This document shows, in pieces, positions 51,701 through 64,000 of a DNA stretch of 64,000 nucleotides (position 1 is its first letter; each line of letters starts with the position of its first letter). Position numbers and translations under genes: made by a program. The notes beneath the pieces are model-generated. The model was given only the letters and a program-made list of their open reading frames with translations. It was not told where the DNA came from and ran no database searches. This DNA is from Felis catus (taxonomy: Eukaryota): positions 109,990,001 to 110,054,000 of the forward strand of contig NC_058368.1 in assembly GCF_018350175.1 (NCBI RefSeq), in the 5' to 3' direction.

Positions 51701-54700
51701 GAAAGCCAACAAAGGGGGGGTGGCCACTGTGGGCAACCGGGGCGCAGTCCCACGGAACCCTGGAGAGACTACGTCCAGCAGGCCTCAGAGTCGCTCCGCT
51801 TAGGTCAGAGGGTGCGGGACACTCTTCCACCAACTTCCGTCCCTTGTTGGCTGAGGGTTGCTTTTGGGGGCATTAACTACTGCCCTGTCTGGCACTTCTG
51901 GACTTCCCAAATGAGGACTGAGCACACTCCTGAGGCCCGAAAGTGCCCTCAGGCTGACGATGCGGGTCCCCGAGGTTGGAGGCTATCAGCCAGCGTTATG
52001 GGCAATGGTCCACCAAAGCTTCACACGACCTGTAGGGTTGAATGAGGGAATCTGGATGGGGTGTTAAGCATCTGACATATCCCCTCCATGGGATGGCAAG
52101 TTCCAGGCAGGTAGGACCGGACTGGACACTTACACAGGCAACACTACAGTGCGAAATGCGTGGGGAATGAGTTACTTAGGGAATATGGCTGAGTACTGAG
52201 TCTTGTGGCTCCAGGGTAGACTGTCTCATAGAGAAGCCAGGGGTGATGGGACCACCCTGTAACAACCCTGCCCATGACTTCATCACAGGCTGCTGTGTCT
52301 ACCTGATACCAACCCCTGTTAATGATAATCACCACAAGACTGGACGGAGCACCGGACAGGGAGCCAGGAGACCATCTGGTTCTGCCTTGATGAGCTGTGA
52401 GACCCCAGGAAAGGCATTCATTCCCTTGCCCTTCCAGCCTCCACTTCCTACCTTAGAATGGGGGCAATGACAATCCCTCACTAGCTTCTGTGGCCCTGAG
52501 AGTTGCAAAGTCCCAAGGAGTCAGCCAGGCCTGAGGGCTTCTCTGGATGAAGTAGGGCTGATGCCCCAAGCGAGCCGGGCCGCGGCTCGTTTGTCATCAT
52601 CCCCTTCGCCAACGCCCAGTGCCTGGCACAGGTGGCCATGAACTTGGTATTTGTAGATAAACCTCCCTCCGTTTCCACTGCCCACAGACACTCCCAGTCT
52701 GGGCCCTCTCAGGGAGGGAGGCTCATGTCCTGGTTGGCCCGACACAGACGAACATCCTGACAGGCCGTTGGAAGGACCCAGCTACCTTCCTGCCAGCCTG
52801 GGTGCCCTCTGTGCGCAGTGGCCACCTGGGCACTGGTCTCGGGCTTCCTGCCAGCGCATGTGTACGGGGCTCCTCCTGCTGCTTTGGCAGATAAAATATT
52901 GATCAGCCTGCTGAGGAGCCCGGAGTGTGATCCTATTTTCATGTCAGAACTTGGTAATGAACTACATTTATCAAGCCCATTCTCCATGAGAAAGGTCAGC
53001 CACAGATCTAGCTAAGTTGTTATGACACCTCATTAATCTAGTTCCCTCAATAATTGTCCCTCTGTGAAGATTCTAATGTTCTCCCATCCCAGCCGCGCTC
53101 CCTCCACGCCGAGGGACATTATTATAGCAGGAGCACGGGCACATCCGCATTTAATTTTTTGAGCAAAGAGAGATAGGAAGCAGGTAGCAGCCTCTGGAAT
53201 TAAATGTCCATCAAAGGAACACTTTCTAGTGCAAAACAAAGGGAAGCAAGGGAGACATTGTGAATATTCCATTAGCCACATGTGCCCCTGCCGGACTGGG
53301 CCTCAAAGGATCCGTCTTCACTCTGAGGCAGGTGAGGCTTCACGTTCCAGATGTGGGTAGGGCTGGCGGCCCCCGAGAGGCAAGAGAGGGGGGTTTGTAT
53401 AGGAGGGCAGGGCGGAGATGCCATCTGGGCAGCGGGGAGCTCAGATTCTAATGGAGTGTGAGGCCGTGCACGGTCAAGACCCCTGCAGGAAGCCCAGGTT
53501 CTGGATACAGGAGGCACCTGCAGGCGGGCGAGGGGTGGGCTGGAGATACCAGGCACAGGGAAGGGCGGGTGGTGAGGGGCCATCCTGGGCTGTCTCTCCT
53601 TCTCCCTCACCCTCAGCCATCTCTTCATCGAGTCCTTTGGTCTGTCTCCCCAACACGCTGCTCTGGATATAGAGGTGCCCCACGGGCTGGTCCCCTTTCC
53701 CTACTGCTACACTTTGCCAGCCTCACTCTCTGCTCCTATTCACTCCCTGCTGACTGCCAGGTGGCCCTGTGGGACTGAAGGCCCCCCAAGGCCAGGGGCG
53801 GGCCTTGGTGCAGGTCTGGCATGTAGAAGGCACTGGCTGAATGTCTGCTCACTGGACAGCTGTGGAATCCTAGGTGGAGGGGGCGGCAGATGGGCTCAGA
53901 TGAAGGCTGTAGCCCTGCCCAAAGGAGGGGACAATCTCAGCTACTTTGAGCCACAGTGACCAAGGTCTGGAACTCTGGAGGGGGCTGGGAGGTGTGTCCT
54001 GACTCACGCCAGCTCCTGTGGAAGGACCGCGTGTGTGATGTGGGAGTGGCATGGGCAGCTCCAGCGTATGGCACGTGGGGTCACTGGGGGGCGTGGACCC
54101 TATCTCATCCACTGGGGTCCCCCCAAACCTGCAATGGTGGCCCCACAGAACGGAGTCTGGCATGGCCAGCCTTGGGGTGGGTGGTCAGGTGGTGAGCCAC
54201 AGGGGGTTGTTGCCCCTCTGGACACTAGGTTGCATAGATGTGGCTCCTCTGAGTCCCCTCTGGTGGGCACACACAGCTCCCTAGATACTGCCTCCGGAGA
54301 GGAGGAAAATGTGAGTGTCTGCCCTCTTGTTCTGCCACTGCTGGTCAGGACGGGCCTGGACAGCCCTGTGAAGAGGCCAGCAGGGCGGGGGAACCCATGC
54401 TTTGGAGCAGCAGCTCAGGTGGGGAGGCCTAGGGGTGAGTTCAGCCACAGCAGACTTTGGGAAGGATCCAATTCCACACTAGGGTTCTGGTCAGCAAATG
54501 AGCACAAAGCTGACACTGGGGACCCCGGTGGCTTGGCGGGTAGTGGTAGGTGGGGGCAATCCCAAGGCCACCATGAAGACCCCAATCCCTGATGGCCATC
54601 CCGCACGGTGGCAGCCCTGTACTCTGGGAGTCCCCAACAAAGCCCAAGTTTACTAGACAGGGGACTGCAGGACACAGATTACTGGACATGAAGGCCACTG

Positions 54701-57700
54701 CTCTGCTGCTGGCAGGAGCAATCCCTTTGGGGACGGGTGTGGGTTAAGGGACAGGGAGATGGGAAGGAAGCACTGGGGAGGGGCCTGGTGGGTCGTGCTC
54801 AGAGATGCCAGCGTGTGGGCTGTGACGTCTCCCTTCCAAAACCACACCTAGACCATCCCTTTAGAAACTGCGTGGCAGTCAATCATGCCCTTGAGCCACA
54901 CCCACTGGACTCCAGCCCTTCCCCCACCTGGCAGGGTGCCCCAGACCCTAGGCTCAGATCCTGACACCCTCACCCAGGAACCCCCCGAGGGGCCCAAGGG
55001 AGAGATTGGATGTGCCCACAAGCTCTTGGCCGCTGTTGGGTCTGCTCATGGGCAGACTCTCCCCCATCCCCAATGCAAACATTAGCAGCCCTAGTTCTCA
55101 CACTGTCCCCATCCCGCCTGATAAGTAATGTCACTGCTGTCCGATAAAGCTGCAATCTTTACCATCAAAGCAAAAACCTGGCTTAATTGTCTGGCACCGA
55201 CATCACAGCTGAACGTGGTTGTGTGACACGGGCCTCAGTTGCAATGTGTCATTCTGAGGTCTATTTGGAAACCACTAAGCTGTGCAAAGAGCAGGAAGCA
55301 TTTTACTCCCAGATCTAATTTATGAGCTGACATAACTTTACTGGAGTTTAGCTTAAGAGGAACAGATGTTTAACTTGATGTAAATTCATGAACATTAACA
55401 ATCTTTCTGCTGCCGTTTCTGAGAAAACTCAATTAACAATAAATGCCAAAATCAATGGGTTTATCTTCAGGACACTCTTTTGCTAACACGATGTAGTTTT
55501 GCTTTGACCAAGCCACAAAGCTCTGGAAAGTCTAGCAGACTGTGAAGCACACATGATACAGTCTCCTCACAATCCCCAACATGAACAGGTGTGCTCTAAG
55601 TCATGCCATGTGCTGACCCCCTCCTGGCTGTGACTGCTGAGCACATGGGTCATGGTCACCTGCACCCTAGCACCCTGGGGAGATCCTTCTGCCATGACCT
55701 AAGCTACATCTGCTGGCGACTCCCCTACCTTCCAGAAGCAGGCCTCCAGACTGTGCTCCCACGTACCCCCTTCCTGAAAAGCCCTTTCTCTAAATTTGGC
55801 TTTTCTGCCAAAGCCCACCTCTAAGGGGCTGCTTTTGTTTCTGCCCCAAGCCACACACTCTCGCCGTGTCCTCGTCCCCAGTCTGCCTCCTCCTTAGACG
55901 GCATTCCAGTGCCTCTGTGTCTTCTGGGTGAACGTCACTGTCTTAGAGAGCTTGGCCATGGCACCCCATGGTGGGCATGATCACTGGGCACGAGGTCACT
56001 GGTGAGCTGCCTGCTCGTGGTTTGGAGGCGCTCTGCAGGCCTCCTGTCCCTTTCATCACCCCAAACTTCACCTGGGTCTCCTCCTCACCCACTAGTCCCA
56101 ACTCCAGAATCAGCAATGGGCTTACCACATTCATAGCAACCCCTCATCCTTTCAGGCCCTAAAGGGGGCCTGGCATCACATTGGCCAACGGTCCTTGGTC
56201 AATATCCTCTCCTTTTCTCCGGAGTGCCCTATTAGTCATCCCAACTGCCTTTAAACATCATGGGTTCAAGGTACACGGCCCACTTTGGGTCCACAAACAG
56301 AATCTGCAGGTCTGAGACTGCCAATGGCCTTTGGCCCTGCCTGAGCTCGACCTACACACCAGGCAGACCATGGGGTTCCTTCCCCGGCCACTGCAGCAGC
56401 ACAGACCAAGCCCTCTCCAGCGCTAGGGAAGTACCCACTTCCATGCGTGCCTGAATTGTGGACAAAGCCTCATCCCAATTTTCGCCCCAGAATCAGGTAA
56501 TTTAAATTAACAAAACCACCCAGACCTTTGTTAGATAAATGGTACATTTCCTCATGAATGCCCGGTTCAATTGATGTTGCCATACAATCTGCTATTTGAC
56601 ATTTACAATCCTCTCTTCTATTCCTATTAAAGAAAGCAAAATTGGTTGGATTCCTGGGAGAGGGATCCACAGGCACTTTCTAGGGCTGACTGGCACATCT
56701 ATCAGGTGGCCCGGGAGTGAAAGAGTAACGTTTGAAAACTTGAATAAACGCTGGAGCCCTTCTGGCGTGAAGAGCTTGAGTTTTTACTCTTGGGTTAGTG
56801 AGAAACCCACACCCAACCTGGATCCTTAACAAGTCACCAATTCCTTCTGGAAGGACGACACTGACTCCCGACAGGCTCCAGGTCCCCCACAGCCCTGTCC
56901 AGAGCTCAGCGCCTGTGCACTCCCACCCCACCCCTCACATGCACCTAGAGGAGAAGCAGGACAGCTGAATGAGGCCACGGCCACCAGGCTGGAAATCTGG
57001 AGTGGACGAGGAGGAAGAGAGTGGGCATCACCCTTGGCCTGGGACAGTTCCATTTATTTGTTCCTGAGACTCCATCCCCCCAAACACCTAACCAAAGGGA
57101 AGGGTCCTGCTGTTGGGATGGCGAAAATGTAGCTTCTCTGGAGTCAGTGATGTCCAGGAATGTTGCTGCTTTGAGCTTTGAGATGCTATGGTCTTTGAGG
57201 GGTTACCAAGCTGAGGGGGACCTCAGCCCGGGACACGGCAGGGCCTGAGGCTGTCTCTGGCTCTCTCACTGGCCAGAACTAGGGCTGCATGCCGCAGAAG
57301 GAGTACTTTGCTCTCATGTGGACTCACAACGCATGCAGGGGGCTCCATCGGACATCTCAAGAGGGGCAGTGCTGTCCCTGGGAGGTGAGCTGGACTCTTG
57401 TAGGGAGCATCTTTGTTTTCACAATGACTGGGGGGCCTAAGCGGCCCTTCATGAGTGGGGCCATGGACCCTAGGGATCCTATCTATCATTTGGAGCAGAG
57501 TCCTGTACAACAAACTTCTGCGGGCCTGGCATCTCCTACACGTTTTCAAACGTCTCAGTGGACAGTCACTGAAGTGAGATATTCTATTACTAGAGGCCTA
57601 GAGTCTAAGGCAATGCTATTTATACAAACATTGCATATATTTATTGTATATAAAGTATTTTGCCCCCTGGGTTTGCAAGGATTTTCCAAGGAGGCAGCTA

Positions 57701-58200
57701 GGCTGGGTATTGTAAACTCTGTTTACAACTGTGTCAAGAAGTATTCACCATTTTGGAGAATTACACCTCCAAAAGCAACATCACTTAAGTATTCAAAGTG
57801 TTAACATAACATGCCCGTCACAGGGTCTGTCTGTAGCTGTTCACAGGATCCGTGGGTGGGTGCTGACATCTGACCACTATGACTCAGTATATGCAGCTGG
57901 TGTCCAAACATTTACATACTGAAAGGCAGACTTTATTGCTACTACTTCTCTTATATTTCTCCTTTACATCCCAGTTTGAATAAGACACATATTCATTTCA
58001 AAATTATATGGGGGTTCTACAAAATATTTGCTATGAAAAGGTGGCTTTGGGTCTAACAGGATTAAAATAAAGCCATCTATGTGACAACTAGAATCCGTGG
58101 CCTTCTTTTTTACCCATTTAGTTTTATCATGGTCAAATACACATAGTGTAAAATTTACTATCTTAACCATTAAATTTTTTTTCAGTGTTTGTTTATTTTT

Positions 58201-58416
58201 TTTATTTTTTTTTCAACGTTTATTTATTTTTGGGACAGAGAGAGACAGAGCATGAATGGGGGAGGGGCAGAGAGAGAGGGAGACACAGAATCGGAAACAG
58301 GCTCCAGGCTCTGAGCCATCAGCCCAGAGCCTGACGCGGGGCTCGAACTCACGGACCGCGAGATCGTGACCTGGCTGAAGTCGGACGCTCAACCGACTGC
58401 GCCACCCAGGCGCCCC
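58201..58416 (-). mobile_element. Young CAN-SINE (SINEC_Fc) inserted into the tail of an older SINE
   Basis: Nearly identical to the copy at 17772-18013. TSD AGTGTTTGTTTATTTTT at 58184-58200 and 58418-58434. Confidence 0.95.
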
Positions 58417-58619
58417 AAGTGTTTGTTTATTTTTGAGAGAGAGAGAGAGCGAGCGTGAGTGGGGGAGGGGCAGAGAGAGAGGGAGACAAGAATCGGAAGC
58501 AGGTTCCAGGCTCTGAGCTGTCAGCACAGAGCCCGACATGGGGCTCGAACCCGTGAATCATGAGATGATGACCTGAGCCGAAGTCGGAGGCTTAACCGAC
58601 TGAGCCACCTAGGCACCCC
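58417..58619 (-). mobile_element. Older CAN-SINE, host of the nested copy; its tail remnant is at ~58172-58200
   Basis: Body ends ...GACTGAGCCACCTAGGCACCCC. Degenerate TSD CTATCTTAACCATT / CTACCTTAGGCATT. Confidence 0.9.
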
Positions 58620-61600
58620 TCTACCTTAGGCATTTCTTTAAGTACACACTTCAGTGGCATTAAATATATTCATAATTTGGTGCAACTATCGCCACTATTC
58701 ATCGCCATAACTCTTTCCATCTTGTAAAAGTGAAACTCTGTACCCATGAAACAACAGCCCCTATTCTCTCCATCCACTGCCGGCAGCCACCACTGCACTT
58801 TCGGTCTCTATGATTTTGACTACTCTAAGTATGTCATGCAAGCGGAGTCCTGCAGGATCTTTCTGTGAGTGGTTTATTTCACTCAGCAGGATGGCTTCAG
58901 AGTTCAACCATGTTGTCACCTGTCGGAATTTCCTTCTTCTTTAAGCCTGAATAATATCTCCCTGTATGCATATACCACATTTTGCTTATTCATCCAATGG
59001 TCCACAGACCCCAGATGCTTCCAGGTTTTTAGCTATGACGAAGAACGCTGCTATAAACATGCATGTACAAATATCTCCTCAAGATCCAGCTTTCTTTCTT
59101 TTTTTTTTTTTTTTTTTTTTTTTGGTCTATATCTAGAAGTAGAATTGCCGGCTCATGTGGTAATTCTATTTTTATGTATTTATTTATGTATTTATTTATT
59201 TATTTATTTGAGGAACCCCCAAACCATTTGCCAAAGTGGCCTGTACCATTTTACATGTGCACCAACAAGGTACAAAGGTTCATATTTTTTTCACGCCTTG
59301 GTCGGCATTTATTATTTTCTGACAGGGTCCACCCTGGTCGGTGTAATAAAGTAGTGGTCTTCTTTTGAGCCTCCTCAGTCCCGGGAGTTTTAAGACACTG
59401 GGAATAGTATGGGGGGGCACCTGGGCGTATGTGGCCCTGTGGATATGCTTTGTACACGTGCATACCTGCGTGCAAGCCCAGCCTTTGAAGGCTAAGCATG
59501 GGGAGGCAGAAGGCCCAGAGACACACCCTTGGGCTCTAGAGCCCGCCTGGCCCCAGGAAGGCAGCTGGCAGCAGCCCCTGAGGAAGATGGTGGACGCCCC
59601 AATGAAGGAGTCAGGGACCAGGACCTGTGTCCCTCCCCCCTTCTGCAGAACTGGGCTCTTTTCTGTATCTATTCTTTCAGGACACCCCCGGACAGGGTAT
59701 GAGAGCTCTGGGCCGGCAGGTGAGGAGACGGGGGCAAGGGAGCATTCCGATCCCCTGTCTCACATGCCTGGTGAGGCCTGTGGTGTTTCTCTCACCGTGG
59801 TGTTGTCTCAGGGGTGTTTGCTCAGCCCCTGAGGCGAGCCAAAGAGCCACGGGGTTTTAGAGGCAGCAAGCGCAGATGGTCCTCTTCTGTAAGAGGGGCG
59901 TGTGGACTGCAAATCAATGCCACCGAGCGAAGGTCTCCAGGAAAGAACTGCTCAAATGTTAACACACTCCACATCTCTACCTGTAGAAGCTTCGCTGGGC
60001 TCGAGGGGACATTTACTTTAGAAGGAAAAGTATTACAGGAAAACTGCCTGAGAACGGTCTCAGAAAACAGGGTCTGCTCTAAGCCAGGGATTCGTGCCTT
60101 TACACAGGCTTGGCAGGAAATGGCATTTCAGAGAAGAATTGCCCGACCAGAGATTTTGAGACCTGAGATGACTCAGAGAAGTTTTCTGACATTTGAAGAT
60201 TTATCTGAACCCCTCTGACTAGTATGATTGGCAGTAAATCCCAGGTCAACACGAAACAAAACACAACAACTCTGAAGGAAAAGCACAGTCTTTGGGGTGG
60301 GGGGGGGAGTGTTTTGGATTATTTCCAGAGCTTGAGCTGCTGGGAGGAGAATGGGACGGCTCTTCCCTGCATCTGGTTCAGGGGATTAACCACACTGGAA
60401 ACTTATCAAAATTCAGGCGCTCCCTGTGGAGGGAACAGCAGAAACTCATCTTGATGAAAGCTGGCCCCAGGCTGGCTGAGTCTGAGCCGATGCGCGGAGG
60501 CCCTGGATCCGTGTCCGGAACCCAGAGCCCGGCAATGAGAGGAGCCAGGTGGGCGATGGACCCTAAGGGGAGACCAGGGTGTGGCCCTCAGAACACTCAG
60601 AAGGCCCCTCTGCCCGCAGCAAACTGACTCACTGCAGACACAGTTGAGCCTCATGGCTGGTGGTTGAGCTCAGTCTGCAGCATGCTGAGAGATGGGAATC
60701 TGTGGAGGTGCTGCATCTCATTAGATGCCCACTCTGGGAGATCGCTACGTCCTCTGTGCCCTCCTTATTCTTAAGTTCTCGGATCCCAGGAATGGCCTTG
60801 GCATTGCCTTGTCTGCCATGAAAATGGATTCACGTGCTTTCAGAGGGTTGGGGACCCACAGGGTATGGGAGCGACAGGAATCTCCCAAGGAGAATGTATA
60901 CAGCTGAGGGCACACCTGGGGGCGGGCAGGTGGGGCCAGCGGCCCACAGCTTGAGGCTCTCCTCCCTGAGACCTGAGCCCGGCTGTCACCTGCCTGGCAT
61001 GTTGTGCTCACACTCTTTGGGTGCCTTTCCTGCTCCTGCTCTGGCTCCTTTCTCTTCAAATTCTAGCCTTCCACTCTCGCAAAGAGCCCCCACAAGCCGT
61101 ATTCATGGAAAGAACAGGCTATTCTATAACATGCCCAGACGTGAGGGCCTCTTCCTGCCAGAAGCCTTGCCTAGAGACCCAGGGTCTGAGCTGATCCTCT
61201 CACCCAGTGCCAGGAAAAATAGGCAAGCCACAAAGATGGGGATTTCCAGGGACTCCAGCTGAGAGGGCTGACCGGCAGTCACTTCCCAGGGCCGGCATCC
61301 CTTCAAGGGGACCACAGCCACGCTCAGTAAGGGCATTTCCATGTGACCCAAAGCTGACCTAGGTCAGGAGGGGGCTGGTGCCTAAGCGTGATAGGAAAGA
61401 AAATCTAGAAAGATCTCATTGCAAGATGCTCTTCAGGACTCTCAGACACAGAGCTACCAGAGTCCAGCCGCTCTCAGGGAGGGCAGAGCGGCTGGACCCT
61501 GGCCTGAGGCAGCCCCACCTCTGACCTCTGGGGCAGAAAGAAGCCCGAAGGCCAATAGATCTTTATTTTCTACTCCACTAACAATTTCTACCGCTTTCAT

Positions 61601-61959
61601 TCCAAAGCCTCTTCTCCTTTCTGTGCAGAGTCTAGAAATGGTCCAAGCTCCAACCATTGCAACCATACCCTTCAATTCTTAGAGAGTGGCTTTGTGCTCC
61701 AAGTGCTGGGCTCAGATGCCAGTTGGCCTGTGCCTGCCACACCGACAAGGTCATTTCCTTCTACGCTCACGTGGAGCTTTTCTTAACCCACTGGTCTCCT
61801 CTCTCTTCTTCCAAAGTGTCCTCCCTCTTCTTGGGGCCTCCTGTAAGTGACCGTGATGGCTCTCGCCACCTCTCTGATTTGACACAACCTCTCCTCTTCC
61901 AAAAGGCAACCTGAACAGCAGTTACGCTTGCGTGGGGACTTGAGTGGGGCCGAGTGTGT

Positions 61960-62105
61960 GACACTCCCGGGTGCTGGTAAGATTCTCTTTCTTGCCCCGG
62001 GAGCCGGTCACAAGATGCGTTCTCTCTGGAAATGCACTGAGCTATACTCTTGTGATTTATTCATTTTCTGTGTGTGTTATACTTCAATAATATGTTTATT
62101 TAAAA
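61960..62105 (+). mobile_element. Old L1M 3'-terminal fragment
   Basis: GGGTGCTGGTAAGATTCTCTTTCTTG...CACTGAGCTATAC...TTTTCTGTGTGTGTTATACTTCAATAA. Confidence 0.6.
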
Positions 62106-64000
62106 GAGGCAGCCTGGTGCTTCTCAGCATCTGAAAGATATTAGTTGCTTTGGGTAGGAGCTTCGTCCTTGGCCAGGCCCAGGGCTGGGCACACAGAAGA
62201 GGGACTGGAGGGACTGGCAGTTCACAGGCAGGGGTCACTGACCTGGAGCAGCAGTGTGTCTGGTCTCTGGTCAAATCACCCTGGATTGGGCATCCTTTTG
62301 GCCAGGCACCAAGTCATCTATCTTCCCTGGGGATGCTGCTTGTTAGCTCAGACCTGGGTCGCTGGGGAGGAGGATGGGTGTAGGGTGTGCTTTGCTGAGC
62401 AGCTTGAGGAGAAGGAATGGAAGAGGCTGAGGGTCAGGGGGTCCTCGCTGGCCTAGGGTGTCCTGCCTCCCCTTCACACTCAGCTCCCGCGAGGTGTGTG
62501 ATGCATGCTGAGTCCAGAGCTAAGGTGCCCTCCTAGAAATGCCCTCTCATGGAACACTGCCCCATGTTGCAGGCCTGGCTGGCAGTGGGTGACTCTTGGC
62601 AAAGAGGTACTGGTGTGGAGGTAGCTGGCCAGTCGATGTGTTCTTGGTGAGAGTGTGCCATGGGCCCTGGCACCCAGGGGACCTCTGTGTAGCCCCAGGT
62701 ATCAGGGCCTGGGAGTAAGGTCCTAGAACCTCTCACGGACCATGCCCTGGCCTGTTCTGCCTCAGTTTTCTCTTCCTGCTCTCCCACGGTTGTGAGGACT
62801 GAAATGAGGGCTCAGGCCCAGGTGCAATTCAGACTCCATGGCCCTGGCTGCTTGGCTTGTGTGGCCCAGAAATGAGCATCAAGGGTCATGTGCTCAGAGG
62901 GGACAAGATGGACCCTTCTGCAGCCACACCTCATGCTCCAGTGATGCCTGACTGGCCAGCCAGGACAGACGGCAAAGTTGAGCCTGCAGGCCTTGCGGCC
63001 CATAACTCTGAACCGAAGCAGTGTCCTGGCCTATCCTTCTGGGCACAGCTCAATCGTGCACTCCTAGAAAGCCGTCCGCCTTTCTGTGGCAATTAGGGTC
63101 CAGACTCCGCACTTGATTTTCAACATTAACTGCCCTGTGGTGCTAACTTGCTTTCCAACATGTGGTACATGCCCGCCAAACAGAGGGGCCCTAATGTGCC
63201 AACAATAGGAGCCTCAGGGACAGGAAGCATGTGGACCTTTCCTGTGGTTACTACACCTGCCACGACCGCATTGTTACTCACACTGGGTGCCTGGGGATGG
63301 ACTAATTGATCCTAGGCGACCTGACTTTCGGATAACACACGGAAGGAGCGGAGGGCGTTTTACTCCAAGGCAGGAGATAATTTATAACCAGTCTGAACAC
63401 CTGGCTTGGCAGAGATGGGAGACTCTGAAGCTCACCCCTGCTCTGTGAACTCACAAGCGCATGAATTACTGCCAGGCTTACCGTAACTGTAGATCGCAGG
63501 ATGAACACAGGCCAAAGAGGCAGGGGGTGAAGAACTCCATCATCTGGAGGCTCCAGAAAACACACTTACAACCTCCCAACAAAGCTGGGCTGTCCAGCTG
63601 AGGGAGGAGGTGGGAATGGGGGGAGGGGGGAATGAGCACAGCCAGCCCCGAATGGTGCTTAGGTCCTATCCCCACTCACTCAGAAGAGGCGCGCTGACAC
63701 CTGATGTACTTGGGGGCGCAGGTGCAACAAGCCCTGGGCCAGGCATTGGGGCACAGAGCGGACAAGAGGCCAATCCTCCCGGGCATGAGAATGCGGGCAC
63801 TGCTAGGCTGTGTCCTTCCTTCCCTCTTGCAGCTGGAGCAGGCTTGCACTCAGGGAGGTGTGGGGTGGGGGGGCTCCAGGCCCACATTGCTCAGCTCTGG
63901 GAAGCGTCCTTCCCAGTATGTCCTAGAGCCTCCAGCCCACCCTTACTCGACTGTGAGGCTGGGATGGGCACACTGGGCTGTGTCTCTGGACTAGCTGTGC

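Larger units (their letters stand above)
58115..59355 (-). mobile_element. L1MB-like LINE-1 3' end, interrupted by two nested SINEs
   Basis: AAAATTTACTATCTTAACCATT...TTTAAGTACACACTTCAGTGGCATTAAATATATTCATA...GAAACTCTGTACCCAT...TTATTTCACTCAGCA...TACCACATTTTG...AGAAGTAGAATTGC...GTAATTCTAT. Confidence 0.85.

Overview
Mammalian genomic DNA from a cat-family animal, judged by several CAN-SINE copies that read as the feliform SINEC_Fc type. The window lies inside FSTL4 (follistatin-like 4) on the minus strand. Only two coding exons are present (47550-47357, 194 nt; 43481-43358, 124 nt), and together they encode the EF-hand pair. The rest is intron: eight CAN-SINEs, an L2 relic with a Tigger1 derivative nested in it, L1M fragments, MaLR LTRs, hAT MITEs, MIRs, microsatellites and AT-rich patches that look like conserved non-coding DNA. 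Almost all ORFs in the track are noise. I found no new protein-coding system. The most unusual structure is a ~175-182 bp, ~97% identical inverted duplication of sequence I do not recognise as a transposon (arms ~10346-10527 and ~12283-12464) enclosing a 1.75 kb spacer. Also notable: the two exons form a frame-symmetric 318-nt unit that would give a stop-free circular ORF if back-spliced, and there is a sense-strand intronic (GGA)14(GAA)20 tract. Repeat family names come from remembered consensus sequences, not from a search.
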